From assembly GCA_965206645.1 (NCBI GenBank), contig CBDBKE010000002.1, positions 32,001-96,000 on the forward strand: 64,000 bases of DNA. The letters run 5' to 3'. The notes below the pieces were generated by a model. That model had not been told where the DNA came from, did no database searches, and saw only the letters and a list, made by a program, of their open reading frames with translations. Numbering within the stretch: position 1 is the stretch's first letter; every line of letters starts with the position of its first letter. The DNA comes from Terriglobia bacterium (GTDB lineage Bacteria > Acidobacteriota > Terriglobia > JAJPHL01 > JAPKYU01). The translations under genes and the position numbers were made by a program. This document shows, piece after piece, positions 1-11,285 of this stretch.

Positions 1-155
1 TCTTCTGCGCGATGGCGATGAAGAACAAGATCGTGCGATGGCTGGACCCGCGCCCACAAACATATAGCAAGAAGCGAGCGAGTTATGAATAGAGTTATCG
101 ATTCAGCGCACGATGGAGCGCGCCAGGACGGGATGACAAAGAAGGCCTGTACTGA

Positions 156-1463
156 ATGCTAGCGGTCGTTGATTCCGTTGAAAAGCGGACGATGAAGAAG
201 ATCCGCTTTCGGATTCTTGCTCTCGTCTTTCTCCTCTACATCATCTCGTTCATCGATCGGGCCAATGTGGCCTATGCCAAGCTGACCATGTCCGTGGATC
301 TCGGCTTTTCCGAGGCCGCATACGGGCTGGGTTTGGGGCTGTTTTTTGTTGGGTACCCGCTGCTGGAAATCCCGGGCGCCTTAATTGTCCAAAAGTGGGG
401 TGCAAGGTTCTGGGTGGCCCGGATTCTGATCACTTGGGGCATCTGCACAATCCTGATCGGCTTCGTTCGAACTGCCAATGAGTTTTATCTGGCGCGTTTT
501 CTTTTGGGTGTGGCAGAAGGGGGCTTTTGGCCCGGCATGATCGTTTATCTCAATCAGTGGTTTCCCAGCCAATATCGCGCAAGAGCCATAGCGCAGTTCG
601 GGGCGGCGCATCCCGTGGCACTCATCATCGGAGGTCCCATTGCCAGTGTCATCTTGCAGCTCAACTGGCTTGGTCTTTCGGGTTGGCGCTGGGTGTTTAT
701 TCTGGAAGGCATCCCGGCGATCGTGATGGGCGTCGCGGTACTTTTTATCATGACCGATTGGCCCCGGGAGGCCTCGTGGCTGCAGCCAGAGGAGAAGGGG
801 TGGGTGATCAATGAGCTGGAGATGGAAAAACGAGGAAAGGCCGCCTTCGGCAAGTTCACCGTCTGGCAGGTCTTGCGCCACCCCGCTGTGCTTTTGCTCG
901 CCCTGGTTCATTTCCTCTCTACCGCCGGCATGTATCCGTTCGTCTTCTGGCTGCCCACCACGGTTCAAAGAGCATCAGGCCTGCCGGCCCATTTGGCGGC
1001 GCTCGTGTCAGGGCTTCCATACGTCTTTGCGGTGATGGGCCTGTTGCTAAACGCCTGGTCTTCGGACCGCACGGGAGAACGTTGCCTGCACACGGGGATT
1101 CCGCTGATGCTGGCGGCGGTGATTTTCCCGATTACGACCGTTCCCACGTCGTTCGGTTGGGTGCTGTTCTGGCTGTGCCTTTCAAGCCTCGCCATCTACG
1201 GATTCGGCCCCTCCTTTTGGGTGCTGCCGACGATGACCCTTGGGGAGTCGGCTGCAGCAGCCGCGATCGGCTGTATTACTGTCATTGGCAATGTTGGCGG
1301 ATTTCTAGGACCTGCCGCAGTAGGGTGGATTATGGACAACTATTCTTCTTCGCTCAGTGCGTTCTTCTTGTCGTTCTGCTTCCTCGGTGCCGGCATCGCC
1401 GCGATAAGTGTGCGGCCTCTGATTGCTCGGCAAAAAGGGGGTCTCCGTTCGACGGAAAACTAA
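156..1463 (+). CDS. MFS transporter, anion:cation symporter (tartrate/phthalate permease-like)
   Basis: ACS-family motifs FIDRANV, LLEIPG, RFLLGVAEGGF.PG and GWRWVFILEGIPA; about 12 hydrophobic segments. Confidence 0.9.
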   Translation: MLAVVDSVEKRTMKKIRFRILALVFLLYIISFIDRANVAYAKLTMSVDLGFSEAAYGLGLGLFFVGYPLLEIPGALIVQKWGARFWVARILITWGICTILIGFVRTANEFYLARFLLGVAEGGFWPGMIVYLNQWFPSQYRARAIAQFGAAHPVALIIGGPIASVILQLNWLGLSGWRWVFILEGIPAIVMGVAVLFIMTDWPREASWLQPEEKGWVINELEMEKRGKAAFGKFTVWQVLRHPAVLLLALVHFLSTAGMYPFVFWLPTTVQRASGLPAHLAALVSGLPYVFAVMGLLLNAWSSDRTGERCLHTGIPLMLAAVIFPITTVPTSFGWVLFWLCLSSLAIYGFGPSFWVLPTMTLGESAAAAAIGCITVIGNVGGFLGPAAVGWIMDNYSSSLSAFFLSFCFLGAGIAAISVRPLIARQKGGLRSTEN

Positions 1464-1493
1464 TGGCGAATCTCCGCCCCGGTTCTGAATAGC

Positions 1494-1517
1494 GCCTCGG
1501 TCAGAGAGGCTTTTTTT
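1494..1517 (+). terminator. Intrinsic terminator after the MFS gene
   Basis: GCCTC-ggtcaga-GAGGC stem followed by T7. Confidence 0.75.
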
Positions 1518-1658
1518 ATCTTGGCTTAGCTGGCAATATTGCAATGTAGGAGTTCTTCGCCTGGATTCTCCGGAGACAGCGCCTAGCTCCGTGGCGAATA
1601 AAGGACAAAAGGCCCTCGTGTCCCAGTGGTCCATTGAGCGCGGTGTGAGAGGACAGCG

Positions 1659-2579
1659 ATGAGCCGGCTAGTGGTACGCCTAGCCAACGCTCCAGCGAGT
1701 TGGGGGATCATAGAGGTGGAAGGGTGGAGCCTGCCCATCCCCTACGCGCGGGTGTTGGATGAAATTGCCGCCGCAGGTTACATGGGAACGGAACTGGGCC
1801 CCTATGGGTACTTCCCGACCGAGCCCATGCGGCTTCGCGATGAACTGGCCCGACGTTCACTGGTTCTGACCGCGGCAGCCGTACTGTTGCCTTTGAAGGA
1901 GCGGGAAGGTGCAGATCAGGTGATCGAGCAGGCGCTCGTCGTGGGGCGCCTGCTGGCAACTTGCGGCGCGCGTTTTATCGTGCTGGTCGACGCGATGTGG
2001 CCGGAACGGGAAGCGGTCGCCGGCCGGGCCGCCTCTGACGGCCCTTCGCTCGACGCCGGCGAGTGGAAGGTGCTTGTCGAAAACGTGCGCAAGGTGTCGT
2101 CCGCCTGCCGCGACCTGGGCCTGCGCTGCGTCTTTCACCATCACGCCGGCACCTACATCGAAACCCCAGCCGAGCTGGAGCGCCTTTTGACCGAGGTGGA
2201 CGAGAAGGAGGTCGGTCTTTGCCTTGATACCGGCCACTATGTCTACGGCGGCGGCGACCCAGTGGAGGCGCTGCGCCGCTTCGGCAATCGGGTGGAATAC
2301 CTGCACTTGAAGGACATCCGCCCCACAGTGCTCGAGCGAGCGCGCGTCGACCAAGTCGGATTCCTGGAAGGCGTTCGCCGAGGAGTTTTCTGCGAACTGG
2401 GCAGGGGCGCGGTGGATTTTGCTGCGCTCCGCAACGAACTCCAACGTCTCGGCTATGACGGATGGGCGGTCGTGGAGCAGGACGTGGACTTGAAAAATCC
2501 TGCGGCATCACCGCCGCGGGAAAGCGCTCACGCTAGCCGCCAGTATCTCTCCCAGGTCTTCGCCGAAAGCATCCACTAG
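1659..2579 (+). CDS. Sugar phosphate isomerase/epimerase TIM barrel, myo-inosose-2 dehydratase (IolE)-like
   Basis: ANAPASWG, G.ELGPYG, HHHAGTYIET, LCLDTGH, HLKD and GW.VVEQD motifs. Confidence 0.8.
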   Translation: MSRLVVRLANAPASWGIIEVEGWSLPIPYARVLDEIAAAGYMGTELGPYGYFPTEPMRLRDELARRSLVLTAAAVLLPLKEREGADQVIEQALVVGRLLATCGARFIVLVDAMWPEREAVAGRAASDGPSLDAGEWKVLVENVRKVSSACRDLGLRCVFHHHAGTYIETPAELERLLTEVDEKEVGLCLDTGHYVYGGGDPVEALRRFGNRVEYLHLKDIRPTVLERARVDQVGFLEGVRRGVFCELGRGAVDFAALRNELQRLGYDGWAVVEQDVDLKNPAASPPRESAHASRQYLSQVFAESIH

Positions 2580-2620
2580 TCCGCCGCAGATTTTGCTTAG
2601 TTGTTCTCGTACAGGCCGCC

Positions 2621-5035
2621 TCAGGGCGCTTGGACGGGGATGGTGATGGCCTGATCCGGGTTGGCGACAATGCCGTTCTGCGTGAGGACCAGCGGGACCG
2701 CATCGCCCGGCGCGACACCCGAGGGCACCACCACGTTCACTTGGTAGAGCCCCACAAAGCCGGGCGCTAGCCCCTGGAAGGCTACCGCGGCTTCAATCCC
2801 CCCGATGGTCACCGTCACCGGGTTGCTAACCGTGCTAAAGGGTGGCGCTGGCTCCCCACTACCCACTTCCGGGTCCGTTTCGCCCAGGCCGGTGGCGAAA
2901 ATCTGAATGGTGTCTCCAGGGCGCGCCGGGTTCTGCGCCGTCACTAGCTGGAACGAGGCATCCAGAATAGCGGCGTTTTCGCCCGCAATGAAGATGCCCG
3001 GCTGCGCAGGTGCAATCAAGTAGTTCTGCGGCGCCGTCAGCAGGCCACCCACACTGATGGCCACCGGAACGCTATCGCCCGTGCTGACCTCGAACGGTAC
3101 CTGCGCGTTAATCTGCCCCGGGCTGACGAAATACAGCGGCGCGTCCTGGCCGCCGATGCGCACGCTCACCCCGGCCAGCTCCCGCTCCAGCGGTAGATGG
3201 GTAGCGAAATTGTTCTCGCCCGCGAAGCGCGCTCCGAACAAGGAAACGATGCCGCCGGGAGACAGCGGCCGCCGCTTGGTGAAGCCGGCCCCTTCCACCA
3301 CCCCGTCGGCAAACAACGCCGGCAAACTGATCGCCCCCGGCGCGGCCGCCGTCGAAACCGTAAAGGAGCGCTGCACCTGGGCAAAGTCGGGATGCAGCGC
3401 GGCAAAGGTGATCGCCACCTCGGCCGCCGTGCTCTGCGGCACCCAGGTGCCGCTGTACAAGCCGGTCCCCAGCCCTCGCAACGGGATGTTCAAGCCTTCC
3501 ACGCTGGCCACCAACGTAGCATTGTCCACCCTGCTGCCGCAGTCGTCCACCACCAGCGCTGTCAGCACCCGCGGAAAGGAAACTGGCAGGCTCAGTCCAC
3601 TTCCGATGGTCGTGGACAGCAACTGCAGCCCCGATGGAGCGCACTGGGCCGCACCCGGCAGACCCGACTGCGTCTGCAGCGACGTGCCCGGCGGCGCCAC
3701 GATTAGCAACACTTCCACCTCCTGCGGGCCGCTGGAGGAGAAGCTGCCGTCAACAGTGCCCCGGTAAACGCCCGGCGCCAGCCCCACAGGATTCACCGAA
3801 ACCTGCGTCGGGAACGGTCCCCCCGATGCGGTCCCGCTCGGCGGGCTCACCATCAGCCACTCCCCGCCGGAACTGGTCGCAGTCACAAAATCAGCCGTGA
3901 GGGTTCCTCCCCCGGTGTTGTTCACCGTCAGGTCTTGCGCCCCCGGCACAGTGCCCGACTGCTGTAGAGTGACGCCCGGCTCGGCGACGAACAGCATCCC
4001 GTTGGGGCTTAGGTCTGCCAAAGCGGACGTGCTTGTTGGCACGACGTTCAGCGTCATCGAGACCAGTTGCGGATTGCCGCTTGCTCCGGGAGCGGATGCG
4101 GTCACTAATGCCTGGAAAACGCCGGAAGCCAGACCCGTCAGATTCGCTGTCAGCGTAACCACGGACGACGAGCCCGCACCTACCGTTCCCGACTGCGGCG
4201 AAGCTGTGAGCCACGGAGGAAGCCCCGCAAGCGACCAGTTCAACGTTCCCGTTCCTGCGTTGAATACCGTAAGGTTCTGCGGAGGAGGAGGCCAGTTGGT
4301 CACCCCCTGGAACACGAATGCCGTCTGGCTCAACGCCAGCCGGGCTACGGGAGCGCTCAAGACCACCGTCACCTGAACTGTGACCGAAGAGCCCGTCGCC
4401 GTATCGGTCACCGTAATCTCGGCCTGGAACACTCCGGCGCCGCCCAGCGCGCCGTAGTTGACCGTCGCGATCACAACCGCTGGCTGCGTCAGGCTGGCCG
4501 CGCCCGAGCTGGGAGAGATGGTGAGCCAACCGCTTCCGTTCAGCAGCCTCACCGTGGCGGTCCAGTTCACCGTCCTGCCGTCGCTGCCGATTTGAAAGCC
4601 CTGGCGCGCAGGCGGGTCTCCCACAGTCGCGGAAAAGCCCAGAATCCGGGGGCCCACGGTCAAGGCCGGAGGAACCTCGACCGTTCCCGCCTGGGTCACC
4701 GTCAGGATCTGCCCGCCGGTGATGGTCAGCGTCCCTATGCGCGAACCGGGGTCGGGATTGGCCTCTACCGAGTACTCCACCCGACCAGTGCCGCCGCCGC
4801 TGCTGCCTGATGTGATGGTGATCCAGCTCACGTCGATCTTAGCATTCCAGCCACAGCGCGGCGAGACGAGCACGCTGCCGGTTCCTCCGCTGGCCGGGAA
4901 CGATGCAGTGGTTGGAGAAATGGCGTAGGTGCAAGGTGGTACCGTTATAGTTGGGCCGATCTTGAAGACGAAAGCGTCCTCGCCTCCAGCATTAGCCGCC
5001 TGAAAGGGATTGACCGTGGGGAAGTCAGTCGAATC
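2621..5035 (-). pseudogene. 3' part of a large secreted SBBP-repeat/BACON/TIGR03437-domain protein, cut off by IS3
   Basis: Starts at a last SBBP repeat (DSTDFPTVNPFQ...DAFVFKI), then BACON-like repeats (WITITSG, WLTISPSSG) and the C-terminal APLYFVSPGQINAQVP...GLAPGFVGLYQVN domain. The ORF-track start at 5053 lies inside the IS end. Confidence 0.85.
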
Positions 5036-5111
5036 TGACCTGCCCCCCTTCAATCGGTCCAGTTGATAAGTTAGAGGTTAGGGTACGGACTGGACATGGA
5101 AGGGGGGAGGA

Positions 5112-5390
5112 ATGCCGAAGAAGCGATATCCAGCCGAACAGATCATCCGACATCTACGAGAGGCGGAAGTGGAGCTGGCCAAGGGCCAGACAACGGGAGG
5201 GGTCTGTCGGAAGTTGGGAATTACGGAGCAGACCTATTACCGATGGCGGAAGGAGTACGGGAGCTTACGAGTGGATCAGGTGAGGCGTCTGAAGGAACTG
5301 GAAGGGGAGAATGGCCGACTGAAGAAGTTGGTAGCAGATCAGGCGTTGGACCTTGCGATTCTGAAGGAGACATCCTCGGGAAACTTCTGA
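5112..5390 (+). CDS. IS3 transposase OrfA (HTH)
   Basis: GITEQTYYRWRKEYG...LKELEGENGRLKKLVA; ends on the slippery site GGGAAAC (5378-5384). Confidence 0.92.
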   Translation: MPKKRYPAEQIIRHLREAEVELAKGQTTGGVCRKLGITEQTYYRWRKEYGSLRVDQVRRLKELEGENGRLKKLVADQALDLAILKETSSGNF

Positions 5391-6283
5391 GCCCGCCCCG
5401 ACGGCGGCAGGCAGTGAAGCATGTCTGCCAAGCCATGGGGGTGTCGGAGCGGCGGGCGTGTCGGGTGGTAGGACAGAATCGATCCACGCAACGGCATCGA
5501 ACCTTGGCGCCACAGGATGAACCGAGCCTGGCAACTCGGACGCTGCAGTTAGCCGGCGAGTACGGCCGTTATGGCTATCGGCGGATCACGGCGCTGTTGC
5601 GCCGGGAGGGGTGGCGGGTGAACCACAAGCGGGTAGAGAGAATCTGGCGGCAGGAGGGACTGAAAGTGCCGAAGAAACAGCCCCGCAGAGGCCGGCTGTG
5701 GTTGAACGATGGGTCGTGCCTTCGGTTAAGACCGTGCTGGCAGGATCATGTCTGGGCGTACGATTTTGTGGCAGATCGAACCCACGATGGTCGTCCACTG
5801 AAGATCTTGACGGTGGTGGATGAATACACGCGAGAGTGTTTGGCGATCGACGTAGAACGGCGAGCCGATTCGATGAGTGTTTTGGAACGGCTAGCAGCCT
5901 TGTTTGTGGAGCGGGGAGTTCCCGATTACCTTCGCTCGGATAATGGGTCCGAGTTCACCGCTCGGTTGGTACGGGACTGGCTGGAACGGGTCGGGGTGAA
6001 AACCCTGTTCATCGAGCCTGCGAGCCCCTGGGAAAACGGGTATGTGGAATCGTTTAACGGGAAGTTTCGAGACGAGTTTCTGAATGGAGAGATCTTTTAC
6101 ACCTTGCGGGAAGCGAAGGTGTTGATTGAGGGATGGCGGCGGGAGTATAACAGAGTTCGCCCGCACAGCGCGTTGGGCTACCGGCCGCCAGCCCCGGAAG
6201 TGATCCTGCCGTTACCGCCGGGTTCCGCTCCGCTCCACCCGGCTGCAACGGCGTATGGACTAACATGGAAGGTGGACCAATAA
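5378..6283 (+). CDS. IS3 transposase OrfB (DDE integrase core), reached by -1 frameshift
   Basis: YGYRRI, WAYDF, VVDEYTRE, RSDNGSEF, PWENGYVESFNG and RPHSALGY motifs. Confidence 0.92.
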   Translation, partial: GKLLSPPRRRQAVKHVCQAMGVSERRACRVVGQNRSTQRHRTLAPQDEPSLATRTLQLAGEYGRYGYRRITALLRREGWRVNHKRVERIWRQEGLKVPKKQPRRGRLWLNDGSCLRLRPCWQDHVWAYDFVADRTHDGRPLKILTVVDEYTRECLAIDVERRADSMSVLERLAALFVERGVPDYLRSDNGSEFTARLVRDWLERVGVKTLFIEPASPWENGYVESFNGKFRDEFLNGEIFYTLREAKVLIEGWRREYNRVRPHSALGYRPPAPEVILPLPPGSAPLHPAATAYGLTWKVDQ

Positions 6284-6297
6284 CCGGGGGCAGGTCA

Positions 6298-6718
6298 CCC
6301 GTGGAGATGGGTTAGCGCCTACGAGCTTCATGCGCACTACGGCCGGCGGGACAGCATCAGCCAGCTCCGCTTCTGTGTTGCCTGGCGGCGCATGCGTTGT
6401 CCGCGCTCTGCTGGACGCGGCGGGCTTGCGCAAGGCCAACACAGCCTCAGCGGGGGTCAAGAACAGCGTGTAGCCGCTGCCCCGCGACAGGAAGTCCACC
6501 TGGCTGTCCGTCTGCCCCTGGTTCGCCTCGAAGCTCAGCGGCAGCTTGCCGTACGCCTCGACTACTTGCGGCTCGCCGGCCCCAGGAATTTTCGCTGCGG
6601 AGTATGGCTTGCGGGCAAGGATGGGACTGAAGTCCATTCCCACTAGGACGATGGCAACCAGCCCAAGCGCCAGCAGTGCCATTCCTGTTCCTACCCGACG
6701 AATCAAGGTCCTGTCCAT
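6298..6718 (-). pseudogene. 5' part of the SBBP-repeat secreted protein
   Basis: Signal/TM segment followed by YGKLPLSFEANQGQTDSQVDFLSRGSGYTLFL, the typical N-terminus of SBBP proteins; truncated at the IS end. Confidence 0.85.
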
Positions 6719-6862
6719 GGCTGTCCCCCCTCGGAGCGAATGACCAACGCTACACCCCCCGGGATCGTATGTCCATCTCGCCCGGTGAAATTTCCGAGTA
6801 GCAAGAGCGCAATCGGGCCTGCGCTCTTGCACTGCGGGATACGATTACACCTCTGTCACTCC

Positions 6863-7924
6863 TCAGGCCAGGGCAGCGGTTCGAACTTCCGCCCGCGTGC
6901 GAGGCAGGCTCTCCGGGCAACGCTCCTTCAGGAATGCAATCAACTTCTCGCGGACGTGGCAGCGCAGGTTCCAGGATGCTCCCGAGTCCACAGAGCTCAT
7001 CAGTGCCCGCAACTCCATGGTGTGCTCAGTGGCGTTGGTGACCTGCAGATTCCAGACCTTGCCGTCCCACATATCCGCAGATTGCAGAATACGGTGTAGC
7101 TCCTCGCGCACCTCCTGGACCGGCACGCTGTAATCGGCGCAGACAGAAACAGTGCCCAGGATGTCCGCTGCCGTGCGTGTCCAATTTTGGAACGGCTGCT
7201 CAATAAAATAAGAGAGCGGCAGCACCAGCCGCCGCAGGTCCCAGATGCGCACAACGACATAAGTCGGGTTAATCTCCTCAATCCATCCCCATTCCCCTTC
7301 GACAATGACCACGTCGTCGAGCCGGATGGGCTCCGACAATGCGATCTGGATTCCGGCGAGGAGGTTAGAAAGCGCCGGCCGCGCGGCCATGCCGACCACG
7401 ATGCCCACCATGCCCGCCGAGGCGAATATGCCGGCGCCGACATTCCAAACACGCGGAAAGGTCATCAACATCAGAGAGAGAGTCACGATACCAACGATGA
7501 CCACGCCAATGCGCCGAAGGGCTCGAACCTGCGTTTGGATCCGACGCGCTGCCAGATTGTCCGCGACGTCAACCCTGTATTTGATGGCAATGAGGTCGTC
7601 AAAGACCTTAAAGAGCCGCACAATGAGCCATGCGACCGAGGCAATCAAAGCCAGGCCAAGGCCGTGTCGGATCGCTCCCAACGGACCCGGTGGGAGCGGC
7701 ATGGCCGCCAGAGCCAGAAAAACCCCCAGAAGCGGGAAGATCAGCCGGGCCGGTTTTCGTCCGTGCTGGATAAGCAAGTCGTCGACGCGGCTTTCCGTTT
7801 GCGCAGCAACCCGCTTCGCCGCAGAAAAGACGAGATAGTGCCCGAGCAGGGCTACCAGAACCGCCACCACCAGGATGGCTCCTGACCACAGCCACGTTAC
7901 CCAACCAATCAGGAACTGTTCCAT
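6863..7924 (-). CDS. mscS: Small-conductance mechanosensitive channel family protein
   Basis: GIFASAG..GIVVGMAA, EPIRLDDVVIVEGEWG.IEEI and PFQNWTR motifs. Confidence 0.9.
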   Translation of the reverse strand: MEQFLIGWVTWLWSGAILVVAVLVALLGHYLVFSAAKRVAAQTESRVDDLLIQHGRKPARLIFPLLGVFLALAAMPLPPGPLGAIRHGLGLALIASVAWLIVRLFKVFDDLIAIKYRVDVADNLAARRIQTQVRALRRIGVVIVGIVTLSLMLMTFPRVWNVGAGIFASAGMVGIVVGMAARPALSNLLAGIQIALSEPIRLDDVVIVEGEWGWIEEINPTYVVVRIWDLRRLVLPLSYFIEQPFQNWTRTAADILGTVSVCADYSVPVQEVREELHRILQSADMWDGKVWNLQVTNATEHTMELRALMSSVDSGASWNLRCHVREKLIAFLKERCPESLPRTRAEVRTAALA

Positions 7925-8305
7925 TTCGCACTTCCTCCTTAGAGCAATCTTCTCAGAGTAACCTTAACTGATTGCCAACTTGCCCGACACGGACCTCATG
8001 CTTGACTCGTCCCGCAGCGTCCTTGGAACCCGTCGAGGCGTGCGGCCCGCGCCCGCTCACTTATTTTCCGCAAGATTACCTCTAACCAATATCAACAACC
8101 GGCATCAACAATTGGCATCAACAATCCGCGTACGTTCCCCCGTCCCGCGAAACGGGAGCTCACTAGTCACATATTAAGCCAGCCGCGGGATTTTCCGTGC
8201 TTCCCTTCCCCCGGCAGCCGCATTGCGGTTTCCTCCAGACTTGCTGTAGCCTGAGGAAAGGCATCGGTTCCAGGCCAGTCCTCCTCGGGGAGAAAGGAAA
8301 CGCTA

Positions 8306-10501
8306 TTGTCCAAATTGTCCAACCACGAGAACCGTCAACCGAATCGACTCGTCGAGGAGAAGAGCCCCTACCTGCTCCAGCATGCATACAATCCAGTGCA
8401 TTGGTACTCATGGAGCGAAGAGGCATTCCGCCAGGCCCGTGAGCAGGACCGTCCCATCTTTCTCTCCGTCGGCTACTCCACCTGCCACTGGTGCCACGTC
8501 ATGGAGCGGGAGTCGTTCGAGGATGCGGAGACAGCTGAGCTGATGAACCGGTGGTTCGTCAACATCAAAGTGGATCGTGAGGAACGCCCCGATGTGGACC
8601 GCGTGTACATGACCTACGTGCAGGCGAGCACCGGCAGCGGGGGCTGGCCGATGTCGGTCTGGCTGACGCCGGACTTGAATCCCTTCTACGGCGGCACGTA
8701 TTTCCCGCCCGAGGACCGCTTTGGACGCCCCGGATTCCGCACCGTGCTGGAGAAAATCGCCGAAGTCTGGCAGCAACAACGCGATGTGGTGGTGCGCTCC
8801 AGTGAAAACATGATCGCGCAGCTGCGCGGGGCGGCGGCCGTCTTTGGGCGGCAACTTGTGGACAGCAGTGTGCTCTACCGCACCTTCAAGATTTTCCAGC
8901 AGGCCTACGACCGCAGGCACGGCGGCTTTGGGGCGGCGCCCAAGTTCCCTCGCCCGGTGACCCATGATTTTCTGCTTCGCTACTTTGCGCGCACCGGCGA
9001 CGAAGAGGCGGCGCGCATGGTGCTGGCTACTCTGTCGGCCATGGCGAAAGGTGGCATGTACGACCACCTGGGCGGCGGCTTTCACCGCTATTCGGTGGAC
9101 GGCTTTTGGCACGTACCGCACTTCGAGAAGATGCTCTACGACCAGGCGCAGCTGGCTGTCAGCTACCTGGAAGGCTACCAGATCAGCCGCGACGAATTCT
9201 TCGCCCGGATCGCGCGGGAGACCATCGAATATGTGCTGCGCGATCTGACTGATCCTGCCTCGGGCGCTTTCTACTCGGCCGAAGATGCCGACAGCCCGCT
9301 GGAAGCCGGGCGCCCCGAACGTGCCGAGGGTGCTTTCTACGTTTGGACGCAGCTGGAAATCGGGCAACTTCTGGGCCCGGACGCCGAATTGTTCAATTCT
9401 CGCTATGGGGTCAAGGCCAAGGGAAACGCCGAAGATCCGCACGGCGAGCTGGCGGGCAAGAATGTGCTGCACGTGATGCGCTCGTTGGAAGAGATGGCGG
9501 CGTCCGGAAGGACGGCGGAGGAGGTGGAGGAGGCGCTGGAGGGAGCCCGCCAGAAGCTGCGGGCGGGTCGCGACCGCCGCCCGCGCCCCCACCTGGACGA
9601 CAAGGTCCTCTGCGCCTGGAATGGTCTAATGATTTCCACGCTGGCGCGGGCATACCAGGTGCTGGGGCACGAGCCCAACGCCTCACGCTACCTGGATGCG
9701 GCGCGCCGGGCAGCACGCTTTCTCACCTCCACCCTTTGGAACGAGCGGGAGGCGACTTTGCACCGGCGCTATCGCGACGGCCAGGTGGCTTTCCAAGGAT
9801 ACCTGGAAGACTACGCGTTCCTGATTCAGGCCCTGCTGGACCTCTACGAAGCCTGCTTTGAACTGGAGTGGCTGCGGTTAGCAAACCGGCTGACCGAGCG
9901 AATGACGGAGTTGTTCTGGGACGCTGAAGGCGGCGGGTTTTTTGCCACTTCAGGCCGCGACCCTTCGGTTCTGCTTCGTTTGAAGGATGACTACGATGGA
10001 GCCGAGCCCTCGGGCAACTCAATCGCAGCGTTGAACCTGCTGCGTCTGGCCGCGATGTTGGACCGTACGGAGTGGCGCCAGAAGGCGGAGCTAACTCTTC
10101 AGGCTTTTTCCGTGCGACTGACCGAAGCACCCCAGGCGCTGCCTCAGATGCTGGTCGCCTTCGCCTTTCAGCAAGATGAGCCAACGCAGATCGTTATTGC
10201 CGGCGAGCGCGATGATCCGCACACGCGGGCCTTGCTGCGCGTGGTGCACGAGCGGTTTCTCCCGAACAAGGTGCTGCTGCTGGCGGACGCGATGGCGCGT
10301 GCTGAACTGAGCTCCACCCTCCCTTTTCTGGCTGCCATGACTCCACGCAATAGCCGGTCCACCGCCTACGTCTGCCGGCACTACGCCTGCGAACATCCGG
10401 TGGACGAGCCTGCCGCGCTGTCTGAGTTGCTGGGCAACCCTCCCGGAGCTCTCCGCCCTGTATCACCTGGATCATGGGCCGGCAACCCTCGGAAAACATA
10501 A
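8306..10501 (+). CDS. Thioredoxin-domain YyaL/SPATA20-family protein
   Basis: [51 protein letters not shown] and DDKVL.AWNGL motifs. Confidence 0.93.
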   Translation: MSKLSNHENRQPNRLVEEKSPYLLQHAYNPVHWYSWSEEAFRQAREQDRPIFLSVGYSTCHWCHVMERESFEDAETAELMNRWFVNIKVDREERPDVDRVYMTYVQASTGSGGWPMSVWLTPDLNPFYGGTYFPPEDRFGRPGFRTVLEKIAEVWQQQRDVVVRSSENMIAQLRGAAAVFGRQLVDSSVLYRTFKIFQQAYDRRHGGFGAAPKFPRPVTHDFLLRYFARTGDEEAARMVLATLSAMAKGGMYDHLGGGFHRYSVDGFWHVPHFEKMLYDQAQLAVSYLEGYQISRDEFFARIARETIEYVLRDLTDPASGAFYSAEDADSPLEAGRPERAEGAFYVWTQLEIGQLLGPDAELFNSRYGVKAKGNAEDPHGELAGKNVLHVMRSLEEMAASGRTAEEVEEALEGARQKLRAGRDRRPRPHLDDKVLCAWNGLMISTLARAYQVLGHEPNASRYLDAARRAARFLTSTLWNEREATLHRRYRDGQVAFQGYLEDYAFLIQALLDLYEACFELEWLRLANRLTERMTELFWDAEGGGFFATSGRDPSVLLRLKDDYDGAEPSGNSIAALNLLRLAAMLDRTEWRQKAELTLQAFSVRLTEAPQALPQMLVAFAFQQDEPTQIVIAGERDDPHTRALLRVVHERFLPNKVLLLADAMARAELSSTLPFLAAMTPRNSRSTAYVCRHYACEHPVDEPAALSELLGNPPGALRPVSPGSWAGNPRKT

Positions 10502-10602
10502 TGACTGCCCTGGAACGTAAGAGAATCGCAAAAAAAGCCGTGCGCGCCAGGTGGGAGAAAGCGAAGAAACAGAAACCCAAAGACCCTACAGGGACAAAGT
10601 GA
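10501..10602 (+). CDS. Small basic ORF or remnant ([20 protein letters not shown]...), of the E.R..IA.KAA.ARW type seen near IS1-like elements
   Basis: Manual translation; TAATG overlap with the upstream stop; family link is from recall. Confidence 0.4.
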   Translation: MTALERKRIAKKAVRARWEKAKKQKPKDPTGTK

Positions 10603-11064
10603 ACTGGCCTGCTGGGCCGTTGTAGAAGAGGTTGCAATTCTGTAGAACATCGCGCCCGATGAGAACCAACAGACCTTGAGCCACCAATGCCGCTCCCATC
10701 GTGCGTGGGGAGTTAAAGTTCACTATAGGCGTGTTGATCAGCACGGGGTAAATATTACACGGAACCTTTTCGTGGCTTGCCGATAGCATAGTGCCGTGTC
10801 AATCACTGGAAGGCCTAGCTCCTGGGCTGCTTTCTCGTCTATGCAGGTGTTCGATGCACCCGTATCTATCAAGGCTAGACCGGCCCTGGGCTCGGGAACG
10901 GCCTTCCCTTGACTCATCAGCGCCTTGCCTGCATTCTGCTCAATGGTGACGGTGACCTGTAGCACAGGGCCGCGCACCCGGAGCGCTACTACGGGGGGTA
11001 TATCGACGGTTTTACCATCGGGTGTTTTTCCTTGTGCTCTTGTCTCACTGTGGAGAATCGGCAC
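10586..11064 (-). pseudogene. Retropepsin-like (clan AA) aspartyl protease, frameshifted
   Basis: ALIDTGASNTCID in one frame and LIGRDVL in another; one extra G near 10794-10795 would join them. Confidence 0.8.
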
Positions 11065-11285
11065 TGAGAATCCCCAACTTTTGAGCTGGCGCAGAAAACT
11101 CGATCTGCGCTTCGGACGGACGCCTGATGAGAACGCTGGTCAATCCGTGTTTCCCAACGGCACCCTGTAGTGCCTCTTCCATCGTATCGAACGCACCTGA
11201 AACTTCCTCTCCGAGGATTGACCTGACCTGCACTTTTTGTACCAAGTGGAAAGAGAGAGAATCCACTTGAGAAGGAAGTGAGGTC

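Larger units (their letters stand above)
5036..6297 (+). mobile_element. IS3-family insertion sequence (copy A)
   Basis: Terminal inverted repeats TGACCTGCCCCC...GGTCCA at 5036 and 6297; orfA/orfB arrangement; no target duplication (flanks GAATC / CCCGT). Confidence 0.95.

Noticed and set aside
3-92. 3' end of an upstream CDS
   Set aside because: An open frame ends in TAG at 90-92, but it is too short to identify
8408-9592. Long antisense or alternate-frame ORFs (also 23928-24872, 33215-34264, 39810-40802, 42654-43589)
   Set aside because: Shadow ORFs of genuine GC-rich genes, with no recognisable motifs
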